A stretch of 64,000 nt of DNA from assembly GCF_003704095.1 (NCBI RefSeq), contig NW_020844173.1, positions 248,001-312,000 of the forward strand, written 5' to 3'. Below, piece by piece: positions 26,301-40,576 of the stretch. This DNA comes from Pocillopora damicornis (Eukaryota). The stretch's first letter is position 1; each line of letters starts with the position of its first letter. Under the pieces are notes generated by a model. It saw only the letters and a list, made by a program, of their open reading frames with translations, ran no database searches and was not told where the DNA came from. Made by a program: the position numbers and the translations under genes.

Positions 26301-29300
26301 TGCTTAAAAGCCATTTATTTCTCATACCTCCAAAATCCTACGATTAGCTTGATAAATAAGTGAACATGACAAAGGGAATTTTTTACTCTAATTTAGAGGT
26401 GTCATCATAATCTGCCTTTTCGCTCTACGATATCAAATCGTTGTTAAACAAACAGGTAGTCGGAGAGTAAAGATTAGCATTATCCTTTACCACAAAATTC
26501 GCCTAACAAAAATATTCAAAAACGTATACGAGGTTCGTATTTGTCGAGTTTGACTTCGAACACATTCAATTGATCCTCACAAAAAATGGCAAATATCAAG
26601 ATCATAAATTCAAATTCAGGGCAGACTCCCGCCCCTTTAATAGTTCAAAACCACAGAAGGAAGCAGACATGTTTTCAACAGGTACGACTGCAGGGCAAAA
26701 AAACGAAAAAATGGCATCGATACTTGATCAGTAACCTACCTGGCGCGAGAGAGGAGTTCTCTGTTACTGGGGCCTCTCAAAGCGTTATTAGATAAACATG
26801 GTAAAATCTGATATTCGCTCATCCCTTTTGACGCACGTTGCTGAATCTCAGCTTTAAATGGCATTGAATAAATCGGCGTGATCAATATATGTCCGGCCTC
26901 CCTACAGAGTTTCAACTCTCGCCTATGACCTTGAACACATGGAAGAACAAAAAATCGACCTTAAGTTTTATTATTTTACGGAGAAAATTCCACTTTTGCG
27001 TATCGGGATATTTTGCACGCTTATTTATTCCTTGATACAACTCTAGTTTGTTTCGTTGTTTTAGCTTGCCTCAGATCACGCTAAGCCGAAGACACTGAGT
27101 TTAAATTAGATTTAAGGCAGAACTCAGGGCCGCTTTTTTTTTTTCTTTTTTTTATTTCTTTCTTCTTGGTATCATGTTGGGTGCGGGAGATATATGATAC
27201 TGAAAAACACGAAGAGTCAGCTGAAAATGCGAGTCAGAGCTGGATTTCAATCAATGAAATGCTTTGTTTGCAACGCGACCCCCAACCGGTTTTTGATTTG
27301 TTCAACTGATTGTTTGCCGGCCCTATTGGCTAAGATTTACGAATTGAAATAACTGACTTTTGTGAGGTCGCAACTAAGCTTGAAAAGTACTTGTGCTCCA
27401 CCATTAACAATTTGTGGCTAAGCACCCTTCTAAGCGTAGCGTTTTCGTTGTTTGTGCTATTTCTAATTGTTATGAGAGCTCTATTAATCTCCATCTCTGT
27501 TGAGACGGCAACAACGCGTACATCACTGCTGCATCGCTCGAGTTAATTGCATTCGAACCATAGCTTAGGTTGGCTTGACAAAATCACTTTAACTTGGAGG
27601 AGGATTATTCACGACATAGTGAGAGCTAAATAAGGCCGCGAAGATCATAAATACAGGCCTCAGTTCAAATACAGAAGATGCTAAAAGGCTTTTTTAATTT
27701 ACAACGACTCGTTCGCGAATGATATTAAACCACAAAAAGCTTATATGGTCTTAAACCTAATCTTTCACTAATTCAATCTAAGATCTGTCCGAGTATGTTG
27801 AAAATTAGATTAACTAATTACTTACAATGAAAATATACCAGCCCCAGAGAAAGTGTCTCTTTCCTCCGTCGGGTTGGAATTAAAAGTGAAACTATGCATC
27901 AGATTTTTTAGAAATGATTTGAGATGGTAACTTTGCTGATAATTATCAACAGAAACTTGGTTGGAAAGTAAACTCCTGAGCAAACGAAAAACGAACACAT
28001 TTGTTGACTTCGGCTTTTCCGGTTTTGTGGTGAGTCTCCCGAATTCTCTAAGTGTGGCGGCGGGCAAATGAAACTTGGGAACCTAATTGAATCATCTTGA
28101 AGTAATAAATTGTTCGTTAAAATGTTACTACGATAAGTTGGACGCCTTTTTCGTGGATTTTAGCAGGTTCTAGATCCCGAAATGTAACAGCTAGTTACTT
28201 ATGTTATCTTAGTCGTAAAAAAGCTTGGTTCCAAGCTAGAACTGTCGATGTGAAGCGTCTGTGTGACTGCCTTCCGAAAGCCTCGCTGTTTCATCACGTT
28301 TTTTTGTTCTCTCTTTTTTTTTCCATGGATAACCATTGCAATTATGGCAATGGGGAGGCAGACTCCGTTTTAAAACATAATCTCAGGGAACCGCTGATTT
28401 CTACGAGGTCTAACCACAAATAGGATTAAGGTAATTGTCATCAGAGTGGTACTTATAAATATTTTATTTAATTTGTCCGATCGACCTCAAATTCCAGTGT
28501 ATAATTGGAAAACAAAGGCATGCTTATGAAATTGGTCTGTTATGGAGTAGCTTTTCGATAAGTCCCTTGTTTGACCATGTTCAAAACATACGATTGTAGC
28601 AAAACTTCCTAAATTTGCCCCGCAATGAGCACATCAAAAGACTGTCTCCCACAATGTTTTGTTTTGTTTTGTTTATTTGATTTTTCGACACAGATGGAGA
28701 CTCTGACCTCAAATACTAAGACAGTTTGAGCCTGGATCAAATGACAGTTAAAATTATAAGGCAGCATTCGAGTCAACGTCAGAGATAGGTAGTCAAAATG
28801 CGCGGTTACGTTGCCCATCCAATAAGACAAGGCAATGCAATCGTTCTTCAGAGTCAAGATTGTCTATCGATGCGTAATGATAAAAATCAGCCAACATTTT
28901 GGCTGGATTATACTGGATTGCTTTAATTAAAAAGTATTTCTCGCAGTTCTTTACGCGGAAAGATATTTCCAAAGATATATTTATTATCACGCCCTTGAAG
29001 TGTGCATCATGCAGTCACGGTGTGGAATAATCTTTGGGCCAACTGCGTCTGCAAAAAACGTCGAGCGTTCATTTCGTCCGAGGAACCAAGTCTTTCGTAG
29101 ATTTGAATAAGACAATTTTAGGGCATATTGATTGACGATTTTTGCCCCCTGATAAGTCATGAAAAATTTTCCGTTGCGCCCCCTTAAATGAATCTAATTT
29201 TCAGACAAAAATAGCTCCAACGCTATTACACATCCAGAAGTTTAAAGAAATATGTTTGAAGTTTGTCCGCCGCGTGGCTATTGAAATCGCGTGAAAGTTG

Positions 29301-29429
29301 TTTGAAATCGGCCGAACCATAGGTGTTTCCATTCAGTTCTGCCACTATTGTATTTTTTCTTGAATTCTATTCTCCTTTAAAATTACTAAAATGTATGAGA
29401 ATTTAACGAACAACTAGCAGGCGATCTTT

Positions 29430-29955
29430 TACTGTATAAAAACAATAGCCTCCGTTTGGCGCAAATGTTATACGGATATTTGTCCGCGGACATCTGCTCT
29501 TATCTGTTCCGAGATGAAAACAGTTTTCCAAAAGCGAAGCTCAAGGAATCTGTGAGCCTTGGGGAACAGATAATGTCCAAGGATAACATTTTCACATCAA
29601 ATGGGGCTATTGTGTTTCATATCCTTCAAATATTTTTTGCAACTCGCGAGGAAAACGTTAACGAACAACTCACTGTTTGCTGGGTGAAATGTTTACTTTT
29701 CAGTCTCATTTGTAAGATTTTATGAACAAACAAACATGTCCCTTCTTCTTTAACAATACCTCAACGCTTTTTCGTCTTGAATTAAATTTTGAACGAAGAC
29801 TTTTATCGGAGTGGACGTAAGGTTTGAAAATTGGGGAATTTCACTTGGGGGATTATCCACGGATATTCCCCAGTTTTAGCTAGGAAAAAATTCGGTCACG
29901 TAACGTATTAAAAACCAATCACGCACATGCAAAAATTTCTGATGGATTATAATTA
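29430..29955. repeat. Probable interspersed non-autonomous element
   Basis: Non-coding segment whose short ORF (29456-29725) has no recognisable domain. Resembles anthozoan dispersed repeats; only one copy in the window, so support is weak. Confidence 0.3.
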
Positions 29956-30559
29956 ATGTTATCTAATAAAGACTTTTCTCGAGCCAAAACTCCACAGAAG
30001 CCTTCGAACAGAACTAGCCCTGTTGAGCACGTCGGAACTTGCAATTCGTAAAGTGAGCGTATCAGCACACCAAGCGCATCGAATGCGCTCATGAGGTAAA
30101 CAAGACTTTTTCGCTTGTTCTGGGAGTTGTGTGTATCTACCTTATCTTTGTCGAAAGCCATTTAATGATAAAAGAGCGAAAGTCAAAGGCAGCAAAAAAT
30201 AACCGGTGAGAAGAGCTCGGGATGTTTTGGTAATTTTACTGAAAAAAGAACCCGAAGCCATTAATGAGATTTTTTTTCCGGACTTTTTGCAGCCCTCTTT
30301 TGTAACCGGCAACAGGATATTCCGATGCATTTACAAAGTAATGACGTGAACGGGTCAAAATGATCGAAATTAAGCCGTTGTTAATGGATAACAGGCAAAT
30401 GCTAGTGTTGTATTCTGCTGTTGTCGCTGCTTTAAGTCAATTTTTAAATCATTTGTTTAACTTGTTGTTCTTTATAATTGATCGTCTGTTTTTGCTGCAT
30501 TTTGAGTTTTTGACCTTTTGTGCAATGTTTCAGATATTACCACATGTTCATTCACTCAC

Positions 30560-30599
30560 CTGAATTGTCGCTGTGGCTATAAGGGTAAAGGTGTCGCAT
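30560..30599 (-). CDS. Candidate alternative first coding exon of Kv1 (MRHLYPYSHSDNS)
   Basis: ATG followed by 40 nt to a consensus CAG|GTGAGT donor; phase 1 matches the acceptor at 23400 that opens in frame into the Kv1 ORF. Confidence 0.5.
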
Positions 30600-33114
30600 C
30601 CTGCTCCCTGAATCTAATGATCAACAAAGAACCGCATCAATAGTCAATTACTTTATGCTTTAGAATTAATTGTAACTTAGTGGGCCGAGTTGTTCGCAAC
30701 CCGGTGATCAGAGCAACTTGCAACTGTTTATCGAAAGATATCCGGGATTTATTGGATTAGCTTCACTTAATCCTGTAACTGATCTAGAAAACTGGCGCTA
30801 ACCTCTCCTCCAACAAGTAGCAAAACTTAAACTGATCGCCACTGGCGTTTTCCCGCGTTTAAAAACTCGAGCCACTCTCTCAACCAATCAAATTTAAATC
30901 TCAGTTTGGTCACCCGCATTTTCCCGCGCTTCAGGAGGTTAACTGGATTTCACTTTGAGTTCTCATTGGCCCATTTCGATATTCATTTGATCGATATTAT
31001 CAAATAACTGTTTCAGTCTCTGATCTTGATGATCTCTTGATGCTGATTGCATTGACGGCTTTTATGCATTGCGTTCGCAAACTTTAACGAGCTTTCATTT
31101 TTGTAGAATGCGGCTGTTTGCCTCTCGCTAGGGAGTAAACGAGCGCCGTCTCTCATTAATCAAACAACCTACTCTACCGACCTGTACTGCAATCAAAACT
31201 CGTCCTCAGACCTTATAAGTTTCTTGGATTTCAAAATTACGAAAACCGAAAGAACCTTGGGAACGAGGCAACTTGTAAAGCTTTTTCGTCAAACAGTTAC
31301 CTCCAATATAGTCCTTTCCACGTCCAAGTCGTTCAAGCTGGTATCAAATATGGTGGGCGAGCTTTTTACATCAACAATCCATGTTTACCTGAGAGATCTT
31401 TACGTGTAATAATCGTCTAACAGATTTAATGAGTCGAGATTGCGTTGCTTCCTTAAGAATCGTTCAAAGAGTCAACTAATACTTTGAGTTTTTTTGCATC
31501 CTCGTTTTTTCCTGGAAATTTTGAATCTGAATCCCAATAAACTGAAGCGATTAGTTAGATAATTCATTTCAGTACGATATTTACATCTAAGTCTTTGAAA
31601 ATTTTGTTATAAATTATTTAAGATAAGCAAAGATAGCTTATTCTCCTCTCACTGAAGATGACTTCAAGGTGTGATTAATAAAAACTGATAAAATATGTCA
31701 AATTGCAATATCATGGTCTCTCGAAAAAAGAAATTACGAAAAAGTTTGTACAGAAGTATTCCAATTTTGCATACTGCAGGACGTTTCTATCAAACAGACG
31801 CTTTCAATCTAAGTTATTGATGTAAACAAAGAGAAATGACATGATGTGGTTATTGTTATAGTTTACTAATCACATGCTTTTATCACTGTGACATTCAATG
31901 ATATCAATGATAATTTAAACCACAAGAATATCTTATCTTTTACATGAATTAGGCTTGTTTCGTCAGCCTTATCCGCGATATGATGACAGTTTCCATGAAC
32001 CGTAAAACAAGATTCTCTTGAGCTATGATATGATTTTCCCCAGAAACAAACCTTAATGGAACCCATAAAATATTTACCTCAGTAGCTTTGCAGACCATTC
32101 AATGATCTTTGTCAAATAAATTTGTATCTCCCCAGTAAACATACAGCACTGCATAATTGATAATCCGTAGGTAAGCTATCACGAATTTCGAAAAAAAATT
32201 CTTTGCAAATTGTAAAAAGTTCTTAAAATTATCCTCACCCCCTATCTGACCGTTCGCCTGACTTTCCAAAACATGTTTTCAAGTAGTGGTATTCTATAAG
32301 CTTGTAAATTAAGCTCAGACGAAAAACCCTTAGCGAAAAATTGTAGAATTAAGAACTCAAGCAGTCGATAGCAACTGAAAAGGACACAGTTCTTCATTAC
32401 ATTTGAGAATAATCCCACGTAATATAACTCTCAAATTTAGAGAATATTTATCAAGGAGGCAATTTAGATTTAAGTATCTTTCCATTTGTGACTGACAAAA
32501 CAGAAAATAAACACTCAATTATTTACGCGCGTCTTATGGTCGATTTTACACCAACAAAAAAAAGCTTCTGCCAGAAATCCCTCGGGGAAAGCCGAAGGTA
32601 ACCGTCTCCCTCTCCAGCCCAAAATCCATAATCTTTTACCACCCGTGCAGTTTTTGGCAAAAATAATCTACAGTTTCTCGATCCATTTACTTTCTTCTGC
32701 TCTCTTTTTCATTCTAATTGAGAGTAATTAGATATACTACTAAGATGTTTTAAATGCGCTGGTTTTATCAATTACCACCATATGTCGATATCACCAAAAT
32801 CCATTACACCAGCTGTCTACGACAGTTTTCTTGAAAATTCCAACTATTTTAAAATACAACATTTTCTTTGCTGTGCCGCCTAATCTTCGCTTCTTGATAT
32901 CACACCTCGATTTCAAGTTGGTATCTGATACATTCGAAAAAAGGATGCTAAGACATTTAGATCGTAGATGCAAAAATTTCCCAACACGGCACATAAACGC
33001 ATTTTTCTCGGTGTTGTCTTCGCAAAAATCCTCTAGTCGCTTACGAAGGCTAATAGCGTGACCCAGACCTTTATATAAAGAACATAAACCACCGTTCATT
33101 AGATTTAACCTTAC

Positions 33115-33160
33115 CTGTCACATCGCCCGACGCCTGAGTGTTCACTAATGAAGCATACAT
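33115..33160 (-). CDS. Candidate alternative first coding exon of Kv1 (MYASLVNTQASGDVT)
   Basis: ATG followed by 46 nt to a CAG|GTAAGG donor; phase 1 matches the Kv1 acceptor at 23400. Confidence 0.5.
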
Positions 33161-34390
33161 GACGTCTTCCTCTTTAACTCGCTTACACGAAAATCCAAAT
33201 CGAACTAAAGACTTTCAAAACTGATCATTGTTTCATCAACTCAAGGAGATGAGTTTGTTTCTGAATCACGAGCGTCGTTTTCATGCTATGTCGCACTTTC
33301 CCACGCCGACTGCGTTCATCGCTCTCCATCCGACAACAGCGCATGATACCTTATTTGATATGCTTAAGCGACCGCACGGTTTTATTACTAATGGAGATCC
33401 GAGTTCATTGCTTACACTTTTGTGACGATGCACCCATTCATATGAAGGCGCTGTTATTGGCAAAAATAGAGTTCATAAATACTTCTTAATTATTTATGTT
33501 TCTAAGGGTCATTATTCCCAACGTTCCAACAGGTGCCGGAAGTTGTAGCACCGGATTCACTTCCGGCGATACCTCCTCCTCCTGGAAAATTATGGGATTG
33601 CCTAATCGTTCCAGTGACATTAGTCGTGTCTACAATACCAAATAGGCAAATAAAAAACTGTTTTATCATTTTCATGTCGAATCTACATTTTGAAGCACGA
33701 AAAGAAGCCAAGCTAGGTACTAAACCGAAACTTCTTGTGGTTCTGAGGTTTTATTTCAATCGGCATAATTACACATTTTTTTTTTTGCATGAATTTGAGG
33801 GTCACATGTACCGCAAATGCATTGCAAACGAAGAGATCAGCGTCCACTCGTGTGAAAATATGATAAAAGTATTACGGTTAAGGGTTTCTTGGTTTATAAA
33901 GTTCTACTGATCAGTTCGTTATGTCAAAACGGCATGGAATAAGTCTGTCGGACAGATGATTTACTCAATAATCGATTGTTTGTAGTGGAAAGGATTTAGT
34001 TGCAGATATCCCTCCAAACCTGGCGGTTTTCTGATGATCGCAGGGTCCCGGCAGCAAATTTTGATCGGGAGGAGGGGGTGGGGGGGTTACAGACGACCGC
34101 GTTAGCTTCTGCCAACAAGGCAAGGGAATTGGGGCGTGTTTAGCAGGACAAGTTTGTTAAAAAAAAAGTTGGAGGGGAGGGGGCTAAATCACTTTCGACA
34201 CTCAATCAAAAAACCGCTCTATTCAACTCTAAACCAAAGAAGGTAGACTTATTACAAACGAGTCAGTGAGTCACGAGGAGAGAGCCCAGACCTATGGACC
34301 CAAACGATCAGGGAACTCGAGAAAGTTTACAAAGAAAGGAAAGAGAACATTTTCCAAATAATAACACTAGAATAGACCAGCACTCTGTTT

Positions 34391-37300
34391 TCACAAATCG
34401 GAATACATCAGGTACTGTTTTAACGAATGCGGAACAGGCAGTTCTGGGATTCGTTGCATTCTACAACTGTTAATCCTCTTTCTTATAACAAGCCGGCAAA
34501 AATGTTGCAGTGACCGCGGTGAACTGGTCAGACGCTCCAGTTTGCGCCATTTCAAGTTAGTGCGCTTTGCGCGAGAGTTTTCGCGGCAAATCTCCCGCGA
34601 GTGCGGTCTATTTCCCTCGAATTCTAACAACAGCTTATACAAGTCTGGATTAAGAACTCTCATTGCGCTAGGGTCTTTAAAAGCTATACAAGTTCCTTGG
34701 TGGAGCTGATCAACGCTTGCTCCAAGCTTGAGAAAAAGTTTAATGCAATCCAACTGTACTTGAAGAGACTTCTGATTATGGCCATACCCTAACCTAGTTA
34801 CAGCTATGCTTAACGCTGTATTCTTCCCTCGATCCACAAAATTGGGATCAGCGCCGAAGTCCAACAGGATCTTACCACAATCATGGGACGAATTCTGCGC
34901 AGCAAGAATTAATGGTGTGGTGTATGTCGCTCTGTTCACATCTGCGCCACGCTCCGCCAAGATTTTAACGCAATCGACGTAGTCGCCTTCAACGGAAACC
35001 ATCAGTGGTGTCTTGGGCAGGATGTCTACATCTTCATATATGTGGTTAGGATTTGCCCCGCAGTCCAAGAGCAGTTTAGTGCAATCCGCATGTCCTTGAC
35101 AGGCTAAACAAATTGGAGTCATGTTTCCAGTGTGTGTTGGTGCGTCAACATTAACACCTGCTGATAAAAGCAGCTCCATGCACTTATAATGACCTTCCTG
35201 ACTACTAAGGTGGAGAGGAGTGATTTTCTCTATATAGGTTTCTGCGCATGCACTCACCCCCGCATTTAAAAGAATCTCAATGCACTCAGGGTGCCCGCGT
35301 TCTGCAGCAGCGTGAAGCGGTGTTGCTCCATCAACAACTTTACTTTCAGGGTCTGCCCCTAGAAGAAAAGTAATTAACTGTTAGAAAATACTCTGCTACC
35401 CTTTTAGAATGCTGAAATGAAATCAGACTCCAAACAGCTCCATTATTATTTCATGCCAAGTCACACCAAAAACTTGTGTAGACGAAATCGAGGGCAAGAA
35501 AACTACTCTCAGTAAAAAGCTATGAGAAGTTTTGTCCTCCTCTAACCCAACATTTAGGGAAAAAATGTGTTGGTTTTTCTGAAATTGTATATGGGAATAG
35601 TTTATTAAGACTCTGTCTCTAAACAACAGGGGTACTTTTCTAAAGTTGAGTTGGTTCAAATTCAAAATCAAACTGACCCATAAAAAGTTTGGAAACATCA
35701 TGTTGAGCCTCTAAAAGTTCCCAACTAATGTCAGTTCAATTGCTGGATGATAATACTAATCCCCACCAGGTGGTTTCTCAGATCAATATCAGTATTTGGG
35801 CAACTGCTCACCTACCCCTCCCCTAACCCAACATTAACCCTAACTTGTCATCAATTGACTGTTGTTGGGTTAGGGGAGGGGTAGGTGAGCAGTTGCTCTT
35901 ACTCTGAAAATAAACAGAATGCCTACCAGCAGTTAACAGCATGTTGATACAATCTGTTAAGCCTTCCTGGGAAGCAATAAACAATGGCGATGCCTTATCT
36001 ACAGTCAATAAACTGATATCTGCCCCCTCTTTTAGTAGTAGCTTTAAGCAAGTCTTATGTCCATATTGAGTGGCAGTGAACAAAGGTGTGGCACCATCAC
36101 TGTTTTGTATGTTAATGTCTGCCGCAAATGAGAGAAGTATTTCAATGAAGTCTTCATGACCAGCAAATGCTGCTTCATGTAAAGCACTCCATCCTCCAAC
36201 ATCCTGACTGTTTACATCTAAACTGCATTCCAAGAAAATCTGAGAAGAACCAAAATGAGAAAACAAAGAGGTTACAGATTAATAAATTCATGAATACCAT
36301 CCTTACCAAAAATGTTAGAGGCAGTATGGTAATTTCACTCACAATATCAAGTATGAAAGGGTTTTAAAAAAGTAGCTTGTTCCAGGCATTCAGCAATTTA
36401 ATTATGGTAATTGCACTGAGTGGAGTGCAGTTTGGACTGAAATAAAACACATTATTTCAAAATCAAACAGGCATGCAAGGCGAGTTTGATTTGAAGTCAA
36501 AAGTATGATTTTAGACCAAAATTTCATGACACAAAGTTAAATTTCCATTCTATTAGATCTATTTTAAAATAAAAAATGTAGCCCCTTAATAAAAAAAAAC
36601 TTTTTCAGTCTATACAGGTATTTTCGTGATTTGAAGTATATTGAGCTTGTTTGTAAAAAGTTGTAAAAGTTGTCTCTTACTTTCCTGCAATTTGATTGAC
36701 TTCTCTCAACAAGCCTTGAAGTTTGATTGGTCATTGTGTTAAAGTAAACTGTCACATTGGCTGGGAAGACGACGCAATTTGGAGCATATAATGTTGTGAT
36801 TTGTCAGTAAATCACTACGGTGAGAGCCAATCAAATTGCAAGGATTTCAAAATGGATCTAATCAATCTGTGGATGGTCTGACAGTAACAGCTGAGTGGAA
36901 AATGTGGGAGGTGTAAGTAGGGTTCCATAAATGAAATTATGCAACCCGTTCCAAACATTCATCACATTTTCACTCCTTCCCTTCTTTCATGCCATTTACT
37001 ATAGTGCCTCTATTTATTTACTGAACCTCTGGAACAAGCTAGTAATAGACCATTGATCTTTGTTTGTGTCTCTCTTTAGAGATAGGAAGATGGCACATAG
37101 GTCCAGCCTAGAATGCTAGCTAGGACTCAGTGGAACAATGACATTTGCTTTAAACCTCACTGAATTTTTGTCTCATTTTGTTAAACTTTTCCACAAGGGT
37201 AATCATTTGATGAGATCTCTAAGAATTCTTACAACCTATTTAGCAAACTATCTGTAACAGATTGAAGTCTGATAAACACTAGAGGTGAACTGCAATGGAT

Positions 37301-39477
37301 CAGCATCCCATTTACAGTCTGTAGGGGAGGAGTAGCAATACCCTTAGTTGCTTCATGCTATGTAGACACAGAGAAGTTCTACCATCTTGTGGGTCCCTTA
37401 GCTTAGGTTCAGGCTTAACTTTACCATAATTACATCGTCTGTCCCCTGGTGAATCATTACCTCCTCACTCATTTGAAAGGGATTTAAATATTCTTTTTGT
37501 GTTGCTACCAGCATGTATCATGTAAAATTTGATGTCAGTCAGACGAGTAATCATGCCATACATCAGTCACACTTGTATGATAGACAAGTTATTACACTGG
37601 CCTGAAAACATTACAACACAAACCTTTAAACACTCTAAACTCCCACTTTTCACAGAGGCCACCAACAAGTTTACTTCTTCATCATTCATGACATTCACAT
37701 CAGCTCCAAATTCCATTAGTGTCTTGATGCATTCAACATGGCCATTCAATGCTGCTAAGAAGAGAGGTGTTTCACCACCGTATGCTCGAGAATCAAGAAG
37801 ATCCTCATTCTTGTGTTCCAGCAGGCTTCGTAGACAACCAGAGTGTCCTGCAGCAGCCGCCTCATGAAGAGGAAACCAACCACGATTATCAGAAACATCA
37901 CAAGGAGATCCTGAAATAAACACAAAAAGTATTGTTTATCTCCTTTATTGACAATAAGTTATGGAGAAGTGGCTTTCCTACAATCATGTCTCTGGTCATT
38001 TTGAATAGTGTATTTCAATGAGCACCCACCCCTGAATAACCACCCACCCTTCAGAAACAATGTTGAACAAGCACCCCTCTAATACAAACACCCCCCTCCT
38101 CCTTCACTTTCTTAAATAGTAGGGAAATGAGGAAACCCTGTTTCTATTGCCACTTTATTTACAATTTTTTTAAGCATAAACTACAATAGAATTGTCAGTA
38201 CAGGAGAATAGTTTCTTTTCCATGTGCTTGCAGAGGTCCTCTATGTGCCTTATCTGCTGTGCTAACTTAATAAGCATCCCTCCTTGTTTAAGTGGCCTCC
38301 TTTCAATAACTTTTGAATAACCCCCAGGTGCCCAATCAAGGAAATACCGTCTATAACCTAGTTATGTGATAACTCTAATTTCACTGTAATTTATTTATAA
38401 CTAGCATCATTTTTAAAGATGAATTTATATTGTGTGTTGCTTATCATACTGCTTAAATTAATATAAAACAGAGAAGAAGTCAAAACACAACTCCAGGCTC
38501 ATAAAATAGTTACCAGAAAGAAATTTCATTTTTTGTAAAAGAGGAAGACAGCAGTTATTTTCGAAGGTCCACACAGTTATGCAAAGCTTAAAACAGGGAC
38601 AGGGGTATGTAGCTTCTTACCTCAAAAAGTGACACAACATTTTTAAATTATTGTTCTACGAAAATACCTCTCTTATTTTGACATAACTGAAGACTCACTG
38701 TACAACCACCTTTAATCCTTTAACTCCCAGATCAAATTTGTTATTCTCCCTACTGTCAACCATTGTAACAATTCTTAGAATATTAGTTCAGAGAATTTAG
38801 TATTGGATCAACTAATTGTCCCCAAATTGATAGTTCTCTTTATTCTCATCACCCATCTGGTTGATTTTGTATTGACATTGTTAGGAGAAATTCTGTCCTG
38901 GTCACTCATGGGATTTAAAGGGTAAACATCAATTTTGATTAAAAATATACACTGAAAATTTTGAAACATTGCTTTGTCTAGGTATAGATCTACTGATATC
39001 TGTAGCTTGACTGATTGGTTGAGACATCCAGCTACCTTACAAAACGAGATGGGATTAAATTACTCATGAAAATTTAACGCCATTGAAGATATATCTTAAC
39101 TTCTTGTATGACAGTCAAGTTTTCGAGGTTTCCCAGTTCATAGTTACATTTAGACTTGTGCAATTAGAGACATGAAAGAAAACTGAAGGACCAAAATAGA
39201 CGAGGAGTATCAAGCGATAAGACTCCCCTGCTTGTGATTGTGAGCGAAATGCAACAGCTGTCCACTTGAATATGTACAGATATGTATCATGCAATAACTC
39301 GAATGGTATAGAATGCAATGACTCACCATCGGCAATAAGACGTATTAACCTTTCTTCGTCACCTTCTCGAGCAGCTAATCCAACATTTGAGACTGTAAGA
39401 TCGTCGGCCCGATCGAAAAACTGTAATCCATTGCGAACATTTTCCTGATCTTGTTGCATTCCCAGCTCAACGGCCAT
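34391..39477 (-). CDS. ASB3: Ankyrin repeat and SOCS box protein 3-like (CUL5 adaptor)
   Basis: Exons 39477-39327, 37910-37624, 36239-35927, 35358-34391 are in phase. The N-terminus VGLAAREG...DNRGWFPLHEAA matches the ASB3 pattern; many ankyrin TPL(F/H) repeats; C-terminal SOCS box PRSLQHFCRLVIRK...LPVPHSLKQYL. Confidence 0.9.
35800..35896. mobile_element. Short hairpin element with 34-bp perfect inverted arms
   Basis: gcaactgctcacctacccctcccctaacccaaca ... tgttgggttaggggaggggtaggtgagcagttgc, in ASB intron 3. Confidence 0.85.
36407..36865. repeat. Interspersed repeat, same family as 2356-2640
   Basis: Shared head sequence with 2356-2640 and shared 'gagagccaatca.attgcaaggatt' with the copy near 9900. 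Confidence 0.6.
37275..37425 (+). mobile_element. SINE-like repeat fragment
   Basis: 'gcaatggatcagcatcccat...gggagga.tagcaatacccttagttgcttcatgcta' matches the family at 510-790 and 12495-12720. Confidence 0.5.
38718..38925 (+). mobile_element. TTAA-type MITE, variant subfamily
   Basis: cctttaactccc...ggagaaattctgtcctggtcactcatgggatttaaagggtaa has termini like the 13706 family. Related degenerate copies near 3784-3980 and 60800-60991. Confidence 0.55.
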
Positions 39478-40576
39478 TTTGAAAATGTTAGCCTATTGAT
39501 CTAACGTAGAATTTGATTGGTTTAGCTGTTCGATAATTTACTGAATTCTCCATCCACCAATCACAACTCGTTTCCTATTTCTCTGTTGGAAAAGTAGTAT
39601 TGGCGTTCGGACTGAAGGAAGCATGGTCTGTTGGAGTGAAATTTGAAATTCTGAATCAAAGTTTCTGCAACAGCAATATTTGCTTTGCTCGCTGATCTTG
39701 TTGAATGTTGTAGGACTGACTTTTCATTTTTGTAGGAAGAATGGAGTAAATTAAAGCTCTTTTGATATTATAGTTCACTTGAGCTACAATGCAGGTCAAA
39801 AGTCACGGGACACTTAGCATGATATTGCTAAAATCTAATATTCTCGCCTCCCCCCAAACAACGTTGAATTTTGTGCGCTTTGTTAACTTTACTTAGATAT
39901 GGCGATTGCTCAGTTTTACCAAAATTATAAGAGGGGTGAGGGGAGATTTTGTTTCAAAAACTGTGCATTAAAGGGTTTAACTATGATCCATCAGAAAAGG
40001 AGAGGAAGCTTACCGTGGGTAATTATCCAGAGCATAAAACTAATTTTCGCTATATCTTTTACTGATCCCTCTTTGTTCCTTTTCTGCTCACAGTTTCGCT
40101 CATTCAGTTCCTGCAATGTGCAATCTGCTTCTTCCACATTCGATTCTACTTTACTTTCAATGAAGAATAAAACGCCCGTGGGCTCGAAAAGTGCGGGCTT
40201 GGTCGCTTGTGTCGCAGCCACGCCAATGAGACCTTGCTCGCAGCCTGAAAAATTGCATTTTGCTGCTCCAAGTACACAATCAAAAGTAATGTGTGCAGTT
40301 AGCAAGTCTAAGCCACCCTTTTGGTTGGAGGAAGCGAAAGAAAAAGAAAACTTTTTCTTTTCTCTCTGTTCTGAGAGCTCGGAACGGGATCACGTTAGCG
40401 CCAGCGAGTTATTAGTGAGTGGACAAATTGATTATTAAAAGCTCACGATCCTCAATTGCGCCGATGATACTGCGCTATCTCGAGAATTTACTTTTATGAT
40501 AAAAAAGACTTCCCTCACCCATCCGTTTTGATTGGCTGATGAATATTTAACTTGAAATTTATTGCATTAGATGTAT

